Shown here piece by piece: positions 12,116-25,274 of a stretch of DNA of 64,000 nt (its first letter is position 1; the number at the start of each line of letters is the position of its first letter). The stretch is from Octopus sinensis (lineage: Eukaryota). Location of the stretch: positions 138,942,001 through 139,006,000 of the forward strand of contig NC_043000.1 in NCBI RefSeq assembly GCF_006345805.1. Reading direction: 5' to 3'. Below the pieces are notes generated by a model. It saw only the letters and a list, made by a program, of their open reading frames with translations, did no database searches and had not been told where the DNA came from. A program made the translations under genes and the position numbers.

Positions 12116-12352
12116 TTAAAATCATGAGCTGATTGCAAATGAATGTCACTATCATAAAACTGATGTTCATTTGCAATCATACCTGGAGTCATGACCGGCT
12201 ATTGGGGTATCCATGTCTGAGAGGCTTGGGGAGATATTACCTAACTTGCAAACAGGTGAATACGGGAAGGGCATTTGCCCTAGAAAATCAGCCTTAAAAT
12301 ATTTCTTGTGAACCAAGCTACCATGGGAAAAGCATGTTAAAATTTATACGCA

Positions 12353-14204
12353 TTCTCTCTTTTACTTGCTTCAGTCATTTGACTGCGGCCATGCTGGAGC
12401 ACCGCCTTTTAGTCGAGCAAATCAACCCCGGGACTTATTCTTTGTAAGCCTAGTACATATCAGTGGCGTGCGGTGACTTCCGGCGTTGGGCATGCAATTA
12501 ATTAACATCACTAAAACCGATAAATCGTTCCTTCGTCACACAGTCTTCTGTAACATAACGTAAAACTGTTGACAGTTGTGAAGATGCTGAGACATCAGAT
12601 GTCTCATCAACAAGAATAGAAACAAACTTAGTTGGTCAATTTCCTTCTGCATCTCATTCAACATAACTTTATGAATTGCTTCGATCAAGTCATTTTGAAT
12701 TCTGTTCGAAGACCAGTGAAGATAGAAGCTGTATCTAAATGACTTTCCATTGTCATTTGAATACTTACAGACAGTATAAACTGTATTAAAATATTTTCAT
12801 TTGTTTGTATGTACTGATCAATATAAACGAGTTATTTATATCTTCATCGAATTATTAGAGCCTTCAGATTCAAATGACCCCGAAACGATAATTCCTGGGA
12901 GCCTAAAAAATAACACATCGATCAATCGTTGCAGAATGGATCTGTTTCGTCGAACTTTCTCATTATGCTGTTGATTGCTTTGATTTTACGTGCATCTAAT
13001 TGTAAGTCTATGCAAAACATTCCCGAATATTTAGGTCTATCAAACATTTTATATGCCTTTGAGAACGCTCGTGCTTTAGCATAGCCATATGTAAATTATT
13101 TAAATCATCATAGCCTTTATATATTCCAAACATTTTTTTCTAAGCCAAAAGTAAAACGGCCAACAGAATAAATTTTAAGAGCAACACTTCCAGTTAACCA
13201 TTTCTTCTTTTCATACGAATTAACCTGAAATTGTCTCGTGAATTTCTTGTGTTGTAGCTTCGAAATTAGGTAAATTCGGTGTTGGTCTCCGCGATTTATA
13301 ATTAATTTTTTCCCATCGAAGTCCCTTTTAGAAAAACTAGTTCTCAAAAATATCGTTTATAGCACACATTTCACTATTTTGAAAAAGGCTGCTCTTATTT
13401 AAGGACCCACGTGGAGAGCGCCGGCGTAAAATTTAAGTCAATTTCAACAAAACGGAAAAAAATACCCTTTGTTAAATTAATTTAGATTAATTAGCTATTT
13501 CTTGAAATAAGAAATATAATGTAGATATTTTTGCTTTCAAAACTTTAAAAAATATGATAGTGCAAACGGATGTTTTGGATAAAAAAAATTTCAAAATTAC
13601 ATGCGAAGGCTATTTCCAACATTTCAGCTGGCTAAAACAAGAATTATGGGACGGCTTTTGTTCCGGTCAAAATAGCCAGAGAGGCGTGAAGGAAATGCGA
13701 TTTTAACAGCATGACACGCCAAACTGAATTTGTCGAATCGCTGAGAGAGAAAGGGGTGACCATTCCTCGTAGCATATCCTTTTAAACAAAAAAGAAAGAG
13801 GAAGAAGATGAGACAAACTATCAAAGACAGAGAGAAGGGACTCATGCTGTCTTCCCAACGCATGATAAGCGATAAATTTATCGAGTCACTAAGATAGAGA
13901 GAGAGAGAGAGAGGAAGGAAGGACAACACTAATACAGACAGAGAGGGAGTGGTATCATGCGATCTTCTAAAAGCATTTATCAAGCAGATGTACGAAGTGG
14001 AGACAATATTTCTAAAACAACTGGACGTATTTTCTTTGAAACAAAGAAGGCATGCAGCGCATACCTTGCATTGCTGAGAGTGCACGCCCCTGGTACATAT
14101 TTTATCAGTGTCTTATGCCGAAGCGCTAAGTTACGGGTACATAAACACACCAGCATCAGCTGTCAAGCGATGTTGGGGGGACAAACACAGACACACAAAC
14201 ATAT

Positions 14205-14235
<31 letters not shown>

Positions 14236-14410
14236 CATACATATATACTATGGGCTTCTTTCAGTTTCCATCTACCAAATCCACTCACAAGGATTTGGTC
14301 GGCCCGAGGCTATAGTAGAAGACACATGCCCAAGGTGCCACAGAGTGGGACTGAACCCGGAACCATGTAGTTCGTAAGCAAGCTACTTACCACACAGCCA
14401 CTCCTACACC
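12353..14410 (-). mobile_element. SINE family A split by a hAT insertion
   Basis: The halves at 12353-12460 and 14093-14410 join into one consensus copy. Confidence 0.85.
12461..14092 (-). mobile_element. hAT (Tip100/ZMYM1-like) deletion derivative
   Basis: TIRs CAGTGGCGTGC / GCACGCCCCTG; perfect 8-bp TSD GTACATAT (12453-12460, 14093-14100). Minus-strand remnants WLTGS, KHERSQRH, RNRSILQRLID, QELSFRGH. Confidence 0.88.
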
Positions 14411-14784
14411 TATGTGTATATTTGTGTGTGTGTGTGTGTGCGTGTGCACATGTGTGTGGATGTGTGTGGGAGAATATACATGCAAACACACACACACACA
14501 CATGCACACAAGCATGCAAACTGCATATGTCATTCAGAATAAACAGAAACTTTAGATAGTTATGTTAACAATCATCCCTATTTTAAAAAGCCATTATTTG
14601 CTCTGTGTACTGCAAAATCTGAAAGAATTATTTGTATATTCTTAATAAATCTAGGCCAGTTCAGACACAAATTACACTGGTTGCTATAGTGTACATCATA
14701 AATGAATAACTTCTCTCTTTTATGACAACTGCACGTTCAACTCAATTGGCTCACAGGTACATGAGATTTTGGGACACCAATGTT

Positions 14785-15090
14785 TCATCAAGTCTTTACA
14801 GCCATATAAGCCTTTGCGGCATCCTTTCTGCTCTTCTGGAAACAGGTTGTTTTCGTCCAGGTGCTTGTTTAATCTTTGTGATATTACTGCAGTAAATGCT
14901 TTGTACATTCTAAGGAGACAGGTTATAGGTCTGTAGTTTTCTGGTTTTGCTGTCTCATTGGATTTGGGAATTAAGATGGTTTTCCCCTTCGTGAGCCATT
15001 CAGGCATTGTCTCTGGCTCTGCCAGTATGTTGTTAAAATTTTCAGCCAGCTTTTTGTGCATTCCTGCTAGATATTTCAACCAGAAGTTTG
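14785..15090 (-). mobile_element. R4/Dong-type RT N-terminal fragment
   Basis: PEWLTKGKTILIPK...NYRPITCL...YKAFT...EQKGCRKG. Confidence 0.85.
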
Positions 15091-15137
15091 TGTCTAAAGC
15101 AAGCAGCAGCTTGCTTTAGGCACAAACTTCCAGGTGT

Positions 15138-15183
15138 TTCTGGCTGATGAGACCCAACGTCTTGTAACACTGGTGTTCAAGAA
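15138..15183 (+). ncRNA. Decayed type-I hammerhead ribozyme
   Basis: TTCTGG-CTGATGA-gac ccaac gtc tt-GTAA-cactggtg-TT-CAAGAA; GAAA is altered to GTAA. Confidence 0.5.
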
Positions 15184-15343
15184 TCATGTGCAATATTGAG
15201 CTGAGTGTGTTGAATACACTGTCATTGTAAAAGAGAGAAATTATTCTCTCATGATGGGTATACTGGGCTTCATATATTTTACCCCAGTGTCCCTTTGATG
15301 GCACGCACTGCTCTCTCACTCAATAATAATAGTAATACTAATG

Positions 15344-15380
<37 letters not shown>

Positions 15381-15481
15381 CAACACCACCACCACCAACA
15401 ACAACAACAATAATAATAATAATAACGATGATGATGATAATAATAATAATAATAACAATAATAATAATGATAATAATAATA

Positions 15482-15740
15482 ATAAAATTCAAAAGATAGT
15501 GCTCATGGGAACTGCTCATATCCTTTATGTAATCCCAAGGTTTAAAACAAACTCTTTCTTCTTTTTTTTTAAAATTTATTTATTAGACATTCACTTGTAC
15601 AACACCAAAAAAAAACCCCAAATATATGGCACACTAGGCATAACAACAACGTGAACTTCCAACCTGTTGTCTCTTGAGGTCTCTGGGTGAGACTTGGAGC
15701 CAACTTGTACAGACATAAAGCAAAAGTCAAACATAGAATA
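15482..15740 (+). mobile_element. Extreme 3' end of an R4/Dong-type LINE
   Basis: KIQKIVLMGTAHIL followed by a UTR and an (AAT)n tail. Confidence 0.65.
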
Positions 15741-15758
15741 ATAATAATAATAATAATA

Positions 15759-15801
<43 letters not shown>

Positions 15802-17261
15802 AATGATAATAATAATAATAATGATCCTTTCTACTATAGGCACAAGGCATATTTTCTACAATAGGCAACCAGCATATTTTGCATCTGAGGCTACCTAGAT
15901 GTATTACTAATTATGCAAATAATCGATCAATCCTTTTTAAATGTATATCACAGAAAAGATATTTATAGTAACTTTGTTTCTATTTTATGGTATATTTATC
16001 GAAATTAGTGCCACCATTAACTAGCTGTTAGGAAGGGCATCAATGATTGAAGAATTAAAAATATACTCCACAGTGGTTGTTTGTCTTCAGTGATGATCGA
16101 TATTATACCAATATATAAACATGGGAAATGAATATTAAATGGTATCAGAATAACACAAATAGCACAAATAAGAACAGTAATAACAAAAATGAACATAACA
16201 TGATTGGAAGTTTCTGGGGTTTGTTTTTATCTGATTATAGGCAATGAGAAAAGTAATGGAAAAGTTAATTTTATTTTATCATTATTTTTGTTTTGTCTTT
16301 AAATAAAAGAAGCACTAATAATTTTTTACTCTATATGAGTACAAGACAATCTTGATGTTGAAGAATACTTTTATTCTACATTTGTACTGAAGAGTGCATA
16401 AGTTATTTAGAGTGAAGCATGTATATTTATCCAGTGTTTATTTATGAATGTATATGTACATTTTGAGAGTGTGCCTGTGATTATTCTTAGTGAGTGTAAA
16501 TGTACATTTATTCACATAAAAAACATATTTGATCACAAATGTGTGTTTATGTGAATAAATTTCTGCATTTATAGTGTATATTTCTGCATATGCTTTCTTG
16601 TTATATATATGTGTGTGTATATACTTTTGTAAACTGTCATATTTATTTGTAAATGCTAACTGGAAATATATTGGAGTTACTTGAAGATAAGTATAATTGG
16701 TTCAATGTAGCATCTGTCAAAAATCAAAGAGCAATACTTGGAAATGTTTTTCAAAATAATACTTTTTGTTATTGTTGTGTGTGTGTGTGTGTGCATGTGT
16801 TTGTGTGTGCATATGTGTGTGTGTGTGTGTATATATGTGTGTGTGTATGTGTGTGTGTGTGAACTAATAAAATAATACATCTTTGTATGTATACGCATTT
16901 TCGAAATATTAATTTCTCTGGTAGCATATATGTATGTCAGATTATATCAGTACATGCAATCACATATGCGTACACTGAGGTAAAAAAAAAGTTATTCTCA
17001 GATACTTGACTGACTCATAACAGGATTGATAGATACACTTATGTACAACTATTATCATCATTCATCATTTTAAGTATTTATTTTTTTCCCATTCTCGTGT
17101 TGGTAGACTAGGCCTACTGTGCAACACATTACTACTTGTTTTGACCGTCTGTTGTTTCATCTTTGCACTGCAACACATGAGAGATAAGTTAACCACTTCT
17201 TCTTACATTGTCTCAAATCTTCTTCGACCCTTTCTCTACAGTGTGTACCTTTCTCTGACCA

Positions 17262-17515
17262 CATCATCATCATCATCATCATCGTTTAACATCCGCTTTC
17301 CATGCTGACATGGGTCAGACAATTTGACTAAGAGCTGGCGAACCAGATGGCTGCACCAGGCTCCAATCTTGATCTGGCAGAGTTTCTACAGCTGGATGCC
17401 CTTCCTAATGCCAACCACTCTGAGAGTGTAGTGGGTGCTTTTTATGTGCCACCGGCACGAGGGCCAGTCAGGTGGTACTGGTAACGACCTCGCTCAAATC
17501 TTTTTACACATGCCT
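17262..17515 (-). mobile_element. RTE-type 3' end (family C)
   Basis: (GAT)n tail on -; colinear with 37600-37832. Confidence 0.7.
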
Positions 17516-18844
17516 TTCTGACATCATTCATCATCCATGTACATCACATGGTTTTTAAGATGTTTTCGATGTTCAGCTATCTGTATCCGAAATTTTCCTC
17601 CATCACTCATTTAATCACTTAGATACCAAATATCATCAACTACATTGAATGAAATGTCTTAGTCTTTTATATGTAGTCCTATTCTTGTTAAATAAATGAA
17701 TTTAAAATAAATTTTCCTATAATTCTTTAAAAGATCTCATTCTACTCATTGTGTTTACACTTTCTACATCTCAAGCAGCAACACATTGTGGGCAGTGGTT
17801 TTTTTTCACTCACCTTTTTTCTTAAATAGCACATCTAAGCCATGATGACTTTTTATCTTTAAATTCTAGATCATTTTTTTTAATAGATTTTATACCTTGT
17901 TCTGTAACCTTTGACACAATGAATGCCAGGTGAATAAACTTTATTTAAAATAACCTGTTCTTAAATCCACAAGAAAATCAGAAATGGAATGGAGTTTAGT
18001 GCCTAGCTCTAGTAAACTTCCTTAAAATTAAATTCCTCAGTGCAGGGACTGCCACTCTTAGTTGTAAACTGAATGAATGATAGAAAAATGTTGCTGTCTA
18101 TCTAGCTCAAATCTGTTGGTTTTTATTGCTTTGTTACTTCCTCAGTTCAGTTAACAACTCATAAATTAATATTGCAGCAGATTACAGGGTGGTGAATTTG
18201 GCAGAATTGGCGAAGTGATAAACAAAATACCTTGTTGTAGTTAGTTATGTGGCTTTACATGCTAATTTCAAATGCCATGGGGGTGTTCTTCGCCTCTTAA
18301 TCCTTCTGGGATAGATAAAATAAATTATCAGTCAAGTACTGGAGTCAGTATAATCAGCTGTTTCATTCAGACAACCTTTTGCCAAAATTAGAAATCAATA
18401 TTACAACAGGTCATACTCTTTTTGATATAGATTACTGCAAGCCCTAACCCTGGTATGAATTATGCTTTATATAACAGAATTTATCTTCTATTCCAATTGT
18501 ACTATTTTAAAAGTCTATACTTCCTTGTTGCAAGCTCCTCCAATGTATCAGATGTACATAAAGCTTTATTTTATTGTCAGTTTAATAACGATCTCATTGC
18601 ATATGCTGTGTACTTTTTACCTCAACTTAGCCTATATTGACTCCCTGCCTACATAAACCGATATCTTTGTTTATATTTCAAAAGGTGAATGTCTGTCACT
18701 AATTATATTTATATTTCAAAAGGTGAATGCCTGTCACTTATTGCCTTTGATCTGTGGCCACTTTTCCAAGTTTTAATTTTCTTCAACAGTTTGTCTCTAC
18801 TATAAGAATCCCATCTTCTGCATATACCATTTTCATGGACTTTT

Positions 18845-19200
18845 AATATGGATCTCATTCTCGCTCACAACATTATAAGCGAAAAGTGTAACCTCTCAAA
18901 AGAGCTGTTCTTCACTCCTGCTCCAGAGTATGGGCTGCAGGGTCACTCCAAAAAGTTCTATCTACGACATTTTCATCTCAATCGAAGGAGAGGGGCTTTC
19001 TCCATCTGGGTTGCGGATCCGTGGAACAGGCTGCCGGATGAACTAGTGAAGATACCGATGACCGCTCGGTTCAAAGTCTCTCTTGACCAGAAATGGCCTG
19101 AACTCTTTGTATGACCACCCTCCCTGTTCATAACTCCCTGTCCCCCTACATGTCCTTGCTTTTGCTTTTTGAGCCAATAAAAATTGAATTGAATTGAAAA
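18845..19200 (+). mobile_element. CR1-type LINE 3' end
   Basis: DLILAHNII...GHSKKF...RRGAFSIWVADPWNRLP...FKVSLD; (AATTG)n tail. Confidence 0.8.
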
Positions 19201-19500
19201 AAAAAATATATGTTTCCTTATTGCCACCATAATCCAAATGCAGGACAGAATCTTGATGAAATAAGTACAAGCTATTATTGTTCTCTACTCTAATATAGGT
19301 TTCAGATTACAGTTCATTGCTTTTAGCTATCAAATGAATGCTTAACACCAGGTTTAGACATAATTTTCTTAATCAAAACAAAGCAAATATGGTCTCTTGT
19401 TTTTCTTTTATTCTTGTGACTTAACAGCTATTAGAAATGAATTATACATTTTGTAAACATTCTTATCACTTTATTTTTCCATCTGGAACTGGATAATTTG

Positions 19501-19657
19501 TCATCATCATCATCATCATCATCATCATCGTTTAACGTCCGCTTTCCATGCTAGCATGGGTTGGACAATTTGACTGAGGTCTGGCGAACCAGATGGCTGC
19601 ATCAGACTCCAATCTTAATCTGGCAGAGTTTCTACAGGTGGATGCCCTTCCTAACAC
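19501..19657 (-). mobile_element. RTE-type 3' end (family C), truncated
   Basis: CATCATCGTTTAACGTCCGCTTTCCATGC motif. Confidence 0.7.
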
Positions 19658-20032
19658 TTTAATAAAAACAATACAATAAAAACAAAAAAAAAACGGATTT
19701 TAATAAATTTCCTTCTCATTAATAAAGTAACATATCAGCAATATGGAAGGAAACTCCATTCACTTGATTACATTGGTTCTGCTGCTACTAGGACAAAATA
19801 GTTGCCTTTCCTTTGTGTACAACATATGAAAGAGTCCGGGAAAGAAACAGGACTGTAGAACTGCCTAGATTACTCCATACAGCACACAATAAGCATAGCC
19901 CTGTAGATATGAAATCCAGTTAGCTGTTATATGACTCTACATTTGATTTTACTCTGTGATATTTTGGACAAGTGTCTTCTACCCTAGATTCAGGTCAGTC
20001 AAAATTTTGAGAGTTAGACCGTGGCAACATGT

Positions 20033-20226
20033 GATAGCTTTCATGTGCGGCAGATGCACAGGGACAATAGGCACCACAGACACACAGAAAACAGATTCCA
20101 TCACACTCCAGGGGGAGAAACTAGAAGTAGTTGATTGTTTCCGCTACCTGGGTGACCAAGTTAGTAGTGGAGGTGGATGCTCAAAGAGTATCACCACTAG
20201 AATAGAATAGCCTGGGCAAAGTTCAG
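20033..20226 (+). mobile_element. Internal RTE LINE RT fragment
   Basis: FMCGRCTG...EKLEVVDCFRYLGDQVSSGGGC...AWAKFR; flanked by GTGGCAACATGT direct repeats. Confidence 0.8.
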
Positions 20227-20552
20227 GTGGCAACATGTTGTACGAGCAATACCTGTACTTGGGCTATAGTCTTAATTCATTGTTCTGTTGAACAACACTG
20301 CCTGAACTTTGAGTGTCTTTAGTGGAGTCCACTTTTATTGCAAATATCTAGACTTGACCCCAGGTCTGAGGACTATGTATGAATTATGATTTCTTCTTCC
20401 TTTCCTCTAAAAGTTTCAGAGGCAAAGAAATAAAAAAAAAGCTATGTGTGTTATTTTTTCTCCGCTGAAATTGAAGAAGTTATGACTGGAAGCTGTTTTA
20501 AGGAAAAGCTCTTTGCAGATCAAAACCTGGTAGTTTTTATAAATAAAAGATG

Positions 20553-20945
20553 TTACTCTTTGCTCTTTTACTTGTTTCAGTCATTTGACTGCGGCCATGC
20601 TGGAGCACCACCTTTAGTCAACCAAATCGACCCCAGGACTTATTCTTTGTAAACCTAGTACTTATTCTATCAGTCTCCTTTGCCGAACCACTAAGTTACG
20701 GGGACATAAGGACACCAGCATTGGTTGTCAAGCAATGTTGGGGGGACAAACACAGACACACAAACATATATACATATATACGATGGGCTTCTTTCAGTTT
20801 CCATCTACCAAATCCACTCACAAGGCTTTGGTCGGCCTGAGGCTGTAACAGAAAACACTTGCCCAATGTACCATGCAGTGGGATTGAACTCGGAACCGTA
20901 TGGTTTGTAAGCAAGTTACTTACCACACGGCCACTCCTATGCCTA
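20553..20945 (-). mobile_element. SINE family A
   Basis: Full-length match to the family. Confidence 0.85.
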
Positions 20946-21409
20946 TGTTATTTATTATCTAATATGAATGACCAATAACAAAATTACTTTATAGTTTTTC
21001 AATATTTTTGCATTTAGAGAAGACAATTATAAAAGGAAAGAACCGAAATTGGCAAATGTATAAATCAAAGTAGTCGATTATAAAGTACCATTTGTTTTTT
21101 CTTTTCTTGAACTATTTTACAATATAATATTGTTCCATTATCGTCTAGTATGCATTGTTAAGTTCATAAATTTATCAAATGTAATCCTAAGACTTGTTAC
21201 ATCTGTTAAATTTTTCAAAACAAATAATTTTAACAGTAAACTTATTTAGTAAGGAAGAATATCTAGAAAATATGATTGCATGAAGTTTATTTAGAGGAAA
21301 CAATAATTTATTGATTATATTATGCTATTAATGATAACTGGTTGATATATTTTAAATACGCTATATCGGGATATGTAAGGTGATGTTGAGGTTTTAATCT
21401 TTTTCTTTT

Positions 21410-21740
21410 ATCTTTTACTTGATTAAGTCTTTAGACTGCAGCCATGCTGGAGCCACCACATTGAAGAATTTTTAGTCAAATGGATCGATTCAAATACTTA
21501 TTTTTTAAAAGCCTGGTACTTATTCTACTGGTCTCTTTCACTGAATTGCTAAATTTTGTGGACATAAGCAAATGAACACCTTCATCAAGAGGTGGTAACA
21601 AACAAACAGACACAAAGTCACACATCCATAGAATGATTCTCCCTAGACACAACTATATATATATATATAATATGAGGGAATGTTATTCCAAATTTAAAGG
21701 GAAAAATCCAATTTAGAAATACTAAATCAAATTTCACAAA

Positions 21741-21772
<32 letters not shown>

Positions 21773-22230
21773 GATAAATAAAAATTAGAAAAAACCACCT
21801 TTTATCAATTCAATAATGAAAAATTAAATTATATCATCTAGAAATTTACATATTATAGAAAGATTAAATGTAAGATAAAACATATGACGATGATTAAGTA
21901 ATGTGCAAAATAATAAATAAAACGTTATTCTACCAAATATATACGTTTTATTTATTATTTTGCACATTACTTAATCATCGTTATATTTAATCTTTCTATG
22001 ATATGTAATTTTCTAGATGGTATAATTTAATTTTTCATTATTGAATTGATAAAAGGTGTGTTTCTTTCTAATTTATATATATATATATATAAGGCAGACT
22101 TCTTTCAGTTTCCATCTACTAAATCCACTCACAAGGTTTTGGTCAACCTGATGCTATAGTAAAAGAGGTGCCACACAGAACCACGTGGTTGAGAAGCAAG
22201 CTTCTTATCCCACAGCCACCCTTGTGTCTA
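21410..22230 (-). mobile_element. Diverged SINE family A, interrupted in its central microsatellite
   Basis: Halves at 21410-21625 and 22093-22230. Confidence 0.65.
21782..22074. repeat. About 290-bp AT-rich palindrome between (TA)n tracts
   Basis: Arms at about 21782-21924 and 21942-22074 (e.g. CGATGATTAAGTAATGTGCAAAATAATAAATAAAACGT and its reverse complement). Confidence 0.85.
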
Positions 22231-22873
22231 TAATGATTATTTGATGATTATTTTCATGAAGATATGCACCATATGTATTGCTTTACTGCCATGACACTTT
22301 GCATTTAGGTTTAAAATGCTAATTTTAAATTTATTGAATTTTTTTGTTTTCATTGATTTTGTAATATTACTAGCTTCCTCATAAACTAAAACCATTAGAT
22401 GTTTTATCATAGACTACTCTGAACAATATTTTTATTTGTAAACTTTTCAGAAAAGAATCAAATGGTTTATGTAGCAACACGTAGAGAGATACTATGTTAA
22501 ACTGACCTTCTCAGCCCATACCAGCATAAAAAAGTGGACACAAAAATGATGACGACGACGATGATGATGATGATGTCCTTTAGTAAAACTGAATCACATC
22601 AGTTTGCATGAATCTTGGGCTAAGCTGTTGGAACACAAACTGTAGAGAATTCATGCTGACGTTTATTCAACTCAGTAAGATACTTTAATAAACATACAAA
22701 ACACACACGTGCATAAGCACAGGAAAAAATGTATTACACTTTTCACAATCATAGAAAGAATCAGATATTAACAAGAAATATTAGATACACTCATAACAAT
22801 ATAGAAAGTACATGATTCGTAAATTTATCTCTGTCTCTGCCTCTCTTTCTCTACGGACGTTAAATGATGATGA

Positions 22874-22932
<59 letters not shown>

Positions 22933-22995
22933 GTCGCCATGATAGATCGTTAGCCACTACACACATTTTTTTCTCTCCTTGTTTTTTCTGTGTAC

Positions 22996-23031
22996 CTTTC
23001 TGTAGAAGAGCGTAGGCTCGAAACGTAAAAG
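22996..23031 (+). ncRNA. Minimal type-I hammerhead ribozyme with variant CUGUAGA core
   Basis: CTTT-CTGTAGA-a-GAGC gtag GCTC-GAAA-cg-TA-AAAG; stems I and II are perfect. Confidence 0.65.
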
Positions 23032-25009
23032 ACTTTTTCTATTCCTGAGCATTATACTAATATATCTGTTTGTTTTGTACACCACCTGTCTTCATCTTTT
23101 GTTTTTTTTCATAAACTCTCCCTATATATATATGTGTGTGTAAGCATGTATGTATGTATTTGAAATTTCAACTACTGCATAAGAAACCTAGTAAGTATAT
23201 TTGATGCTTGTGGAGTTGGTAGCAATGCTGTATCATGACTTAAGAAACTGGTGCTAAAGACAGCAATAGCTGAACAGCTGTTGAACTGTTGCCCATGGTA
23301 ACTGAAAGCAATTCTGATTTTAAATTAGATATTCTTAACTGTATGTCTTTTTAGATAACTTTAGTAATCTAGGCTGCTTAATCAAGATTTTTTGACTCTT
23401 GTATTAATATTTTCTGGAACTTAGTTTTACATTTTTGATAAGCTGTCATTTTCTTTAAACAAATGAATGCATATCTTCTGAATTTACCAGTGAAAAAACG
23501 AAAATGGAAAATTATGAGAAAGCTTGTAAACCTATTGCATATTACAATATGGTTCCACTATAGTTCTGTCAGCAAAATTTCTTTGTAGTTTCTCACTTCC
23601 CATGTGTCTGATGATACAGACAGTTAATATTACTACTATGGGTGCAGGCTTAGTTGTGTAGTTGAGAAAACCTCCTTTCTCAATAATATTGTTTAGGCTA
23701 TTGCTGTAATCTTGACCAGTTGACTAAAACTATTTGAGTGAAATTTGATAAACAAAAATTTGATTTTTAAATAGTGACCCACTGATGAGATCTTTCCTGA
23801 TCTTGAGATTAACATCACTGTCTTTGTGTGACTTTAGCAGAGTTCATTCTGTTGTAGGCATTCAGCTCAAGCTCCAGGCTGAGGAAAACTTAATCCTTTC
23901 ATCTTACCTGCTAAAGGAGCCCTCAAAAATATCATGTGCTTTGTTCCTTTTCCTCAGACTAAAGTTATTTTTTAAAATATCAATGGAAGATTATATTGGG
24001 ATTGGTACACCCAAGCCAGACTAAATGCGTTTTCCAAAATAAGTAGATGATTAAAAAGGTGTTACATAATTTTATCTTTTAAGGAATAGAACTGAATGGT
24101 TAGTTTAAATAGATTTCATAATGGATTTAAGACTTTATCACCCCTCCAACTACAGTTTGCAAAGGTTACACTTTAATGGCCTTGCAAAATATTAGGTATC
24201 ATTTTGGGATTCATATAAGACTTGTATGTGTTCTCAAAATGACTAGAAGTGTTGTCCTGTTTATATATGATAGATACATCTGATACCTGCCTCAAAGAGA
24301 TTTAATTACTTCTAGATAATTCTCTCTTTTAGAGGGGTTTCATTTTTATTATGTGACATATTCAACTCTAGCATTGTCATACGAGGTTTACTTTTATTAG
24401 CATGCATTATAGTTCTCTGGTTTTATGTTTGTAAGTTCATTTTATTCTCTACTTTAGCTTTAGATTTCAGCTGGTGAAATTTAACCTAATAACTTGTAAG
24501 AATTTTGCAAGTACAGTGATAATTGAATTATTACATTTATTCCTGTTTATACTCCTAAATGGTTTACTGAACTTTATGCCACTTTCCTAACATAAGATGT
24601 TCATCAGAATATTCTGATATTTGAAAACTTTCTAGATTTATGAGATTCAATTAAAGAGCTTTTTGTTTTATAATCAGCTCACCCAAACATGACAAGTTTC
24701 TGTTTTTTAATTTTACATCATTATTTCTTAATATGGAGTTGTCAGCTGTTTCTAGAACTTTGTTTTACCCTCGTTCTGCTTTACTCTAATTATTTGGTGA
24801 ATTGCCAAATGTTCTGTCACCTTATTACAGAATATTTTGGAGAACGGTTTACTAATATTCTATTAGTTAGATTGATTAGCTGTCAGTATTTTTTTTTCTT
24901 CTCCTTCAGTATATTAATGTTTTAGTTAGGAGCTAAAGTACTTATCAATATAATTCTGTTCTAGATCAATGATAGCACAGAATTAATGCCTTAATATATA
25001 GGGAAGGAA

Positions 25010-25220
25010 TGGTGGTGAGCTGGCAATGTCATTAGCACACTGGCCAAAATACTTAGTGACATTTAATCCAGCTTTATGTTCTGGGTTCAAATTCTGCTGC
25101 AATTAACTTTGTGTTTTATCCTTTCAGAGTTGATAAAATAGGTACCAGTTGAGCACTGGGAGTGATGTAATTGATTTACCCCTCCTCCAAAATTGCTGGC
25201 CTTCTGCCAAAATTTCAAGC
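25010..25220 (+). mobile_element. SINE family B-related, diverged
   Basis: GGTGAGCTGGCA...GGGTTCAAATTC...GATAAAATAGGTACCAG. Confidence 0.65.
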
Positions 25221-25274
25221 TAATACATAAGGAAGGAACAGGCTCCTTGTTTTTAAGGATTCTTTCTTACAGGA

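Noticed and set aside
14108-14377. Recurrent ORF LLSVSIYQIHSQGFGRPEAIVEDTCPRCH as a gene family
   Set aside because: It is the antisense translation of SINE family A, repeated wherever the SINE occurs.
16506-16560. 55-nt AT-rich hairpin as a pre-miRNA
   Set aside because: It lies in low-complexity sequence with no recognisable miRNA; a local inverted duplication is simpler.
18669-18742. 38-bp direct repeat
   Set aside because: Only two units, consistent with an ordinary slippage duplication; not a CRISPR-like array.
23798-23842. CTGATGA-GATC..GATC-TT-GAGA hammerhead-like motif
   Set aside because: GAAA is absent and stems I and III do not form.
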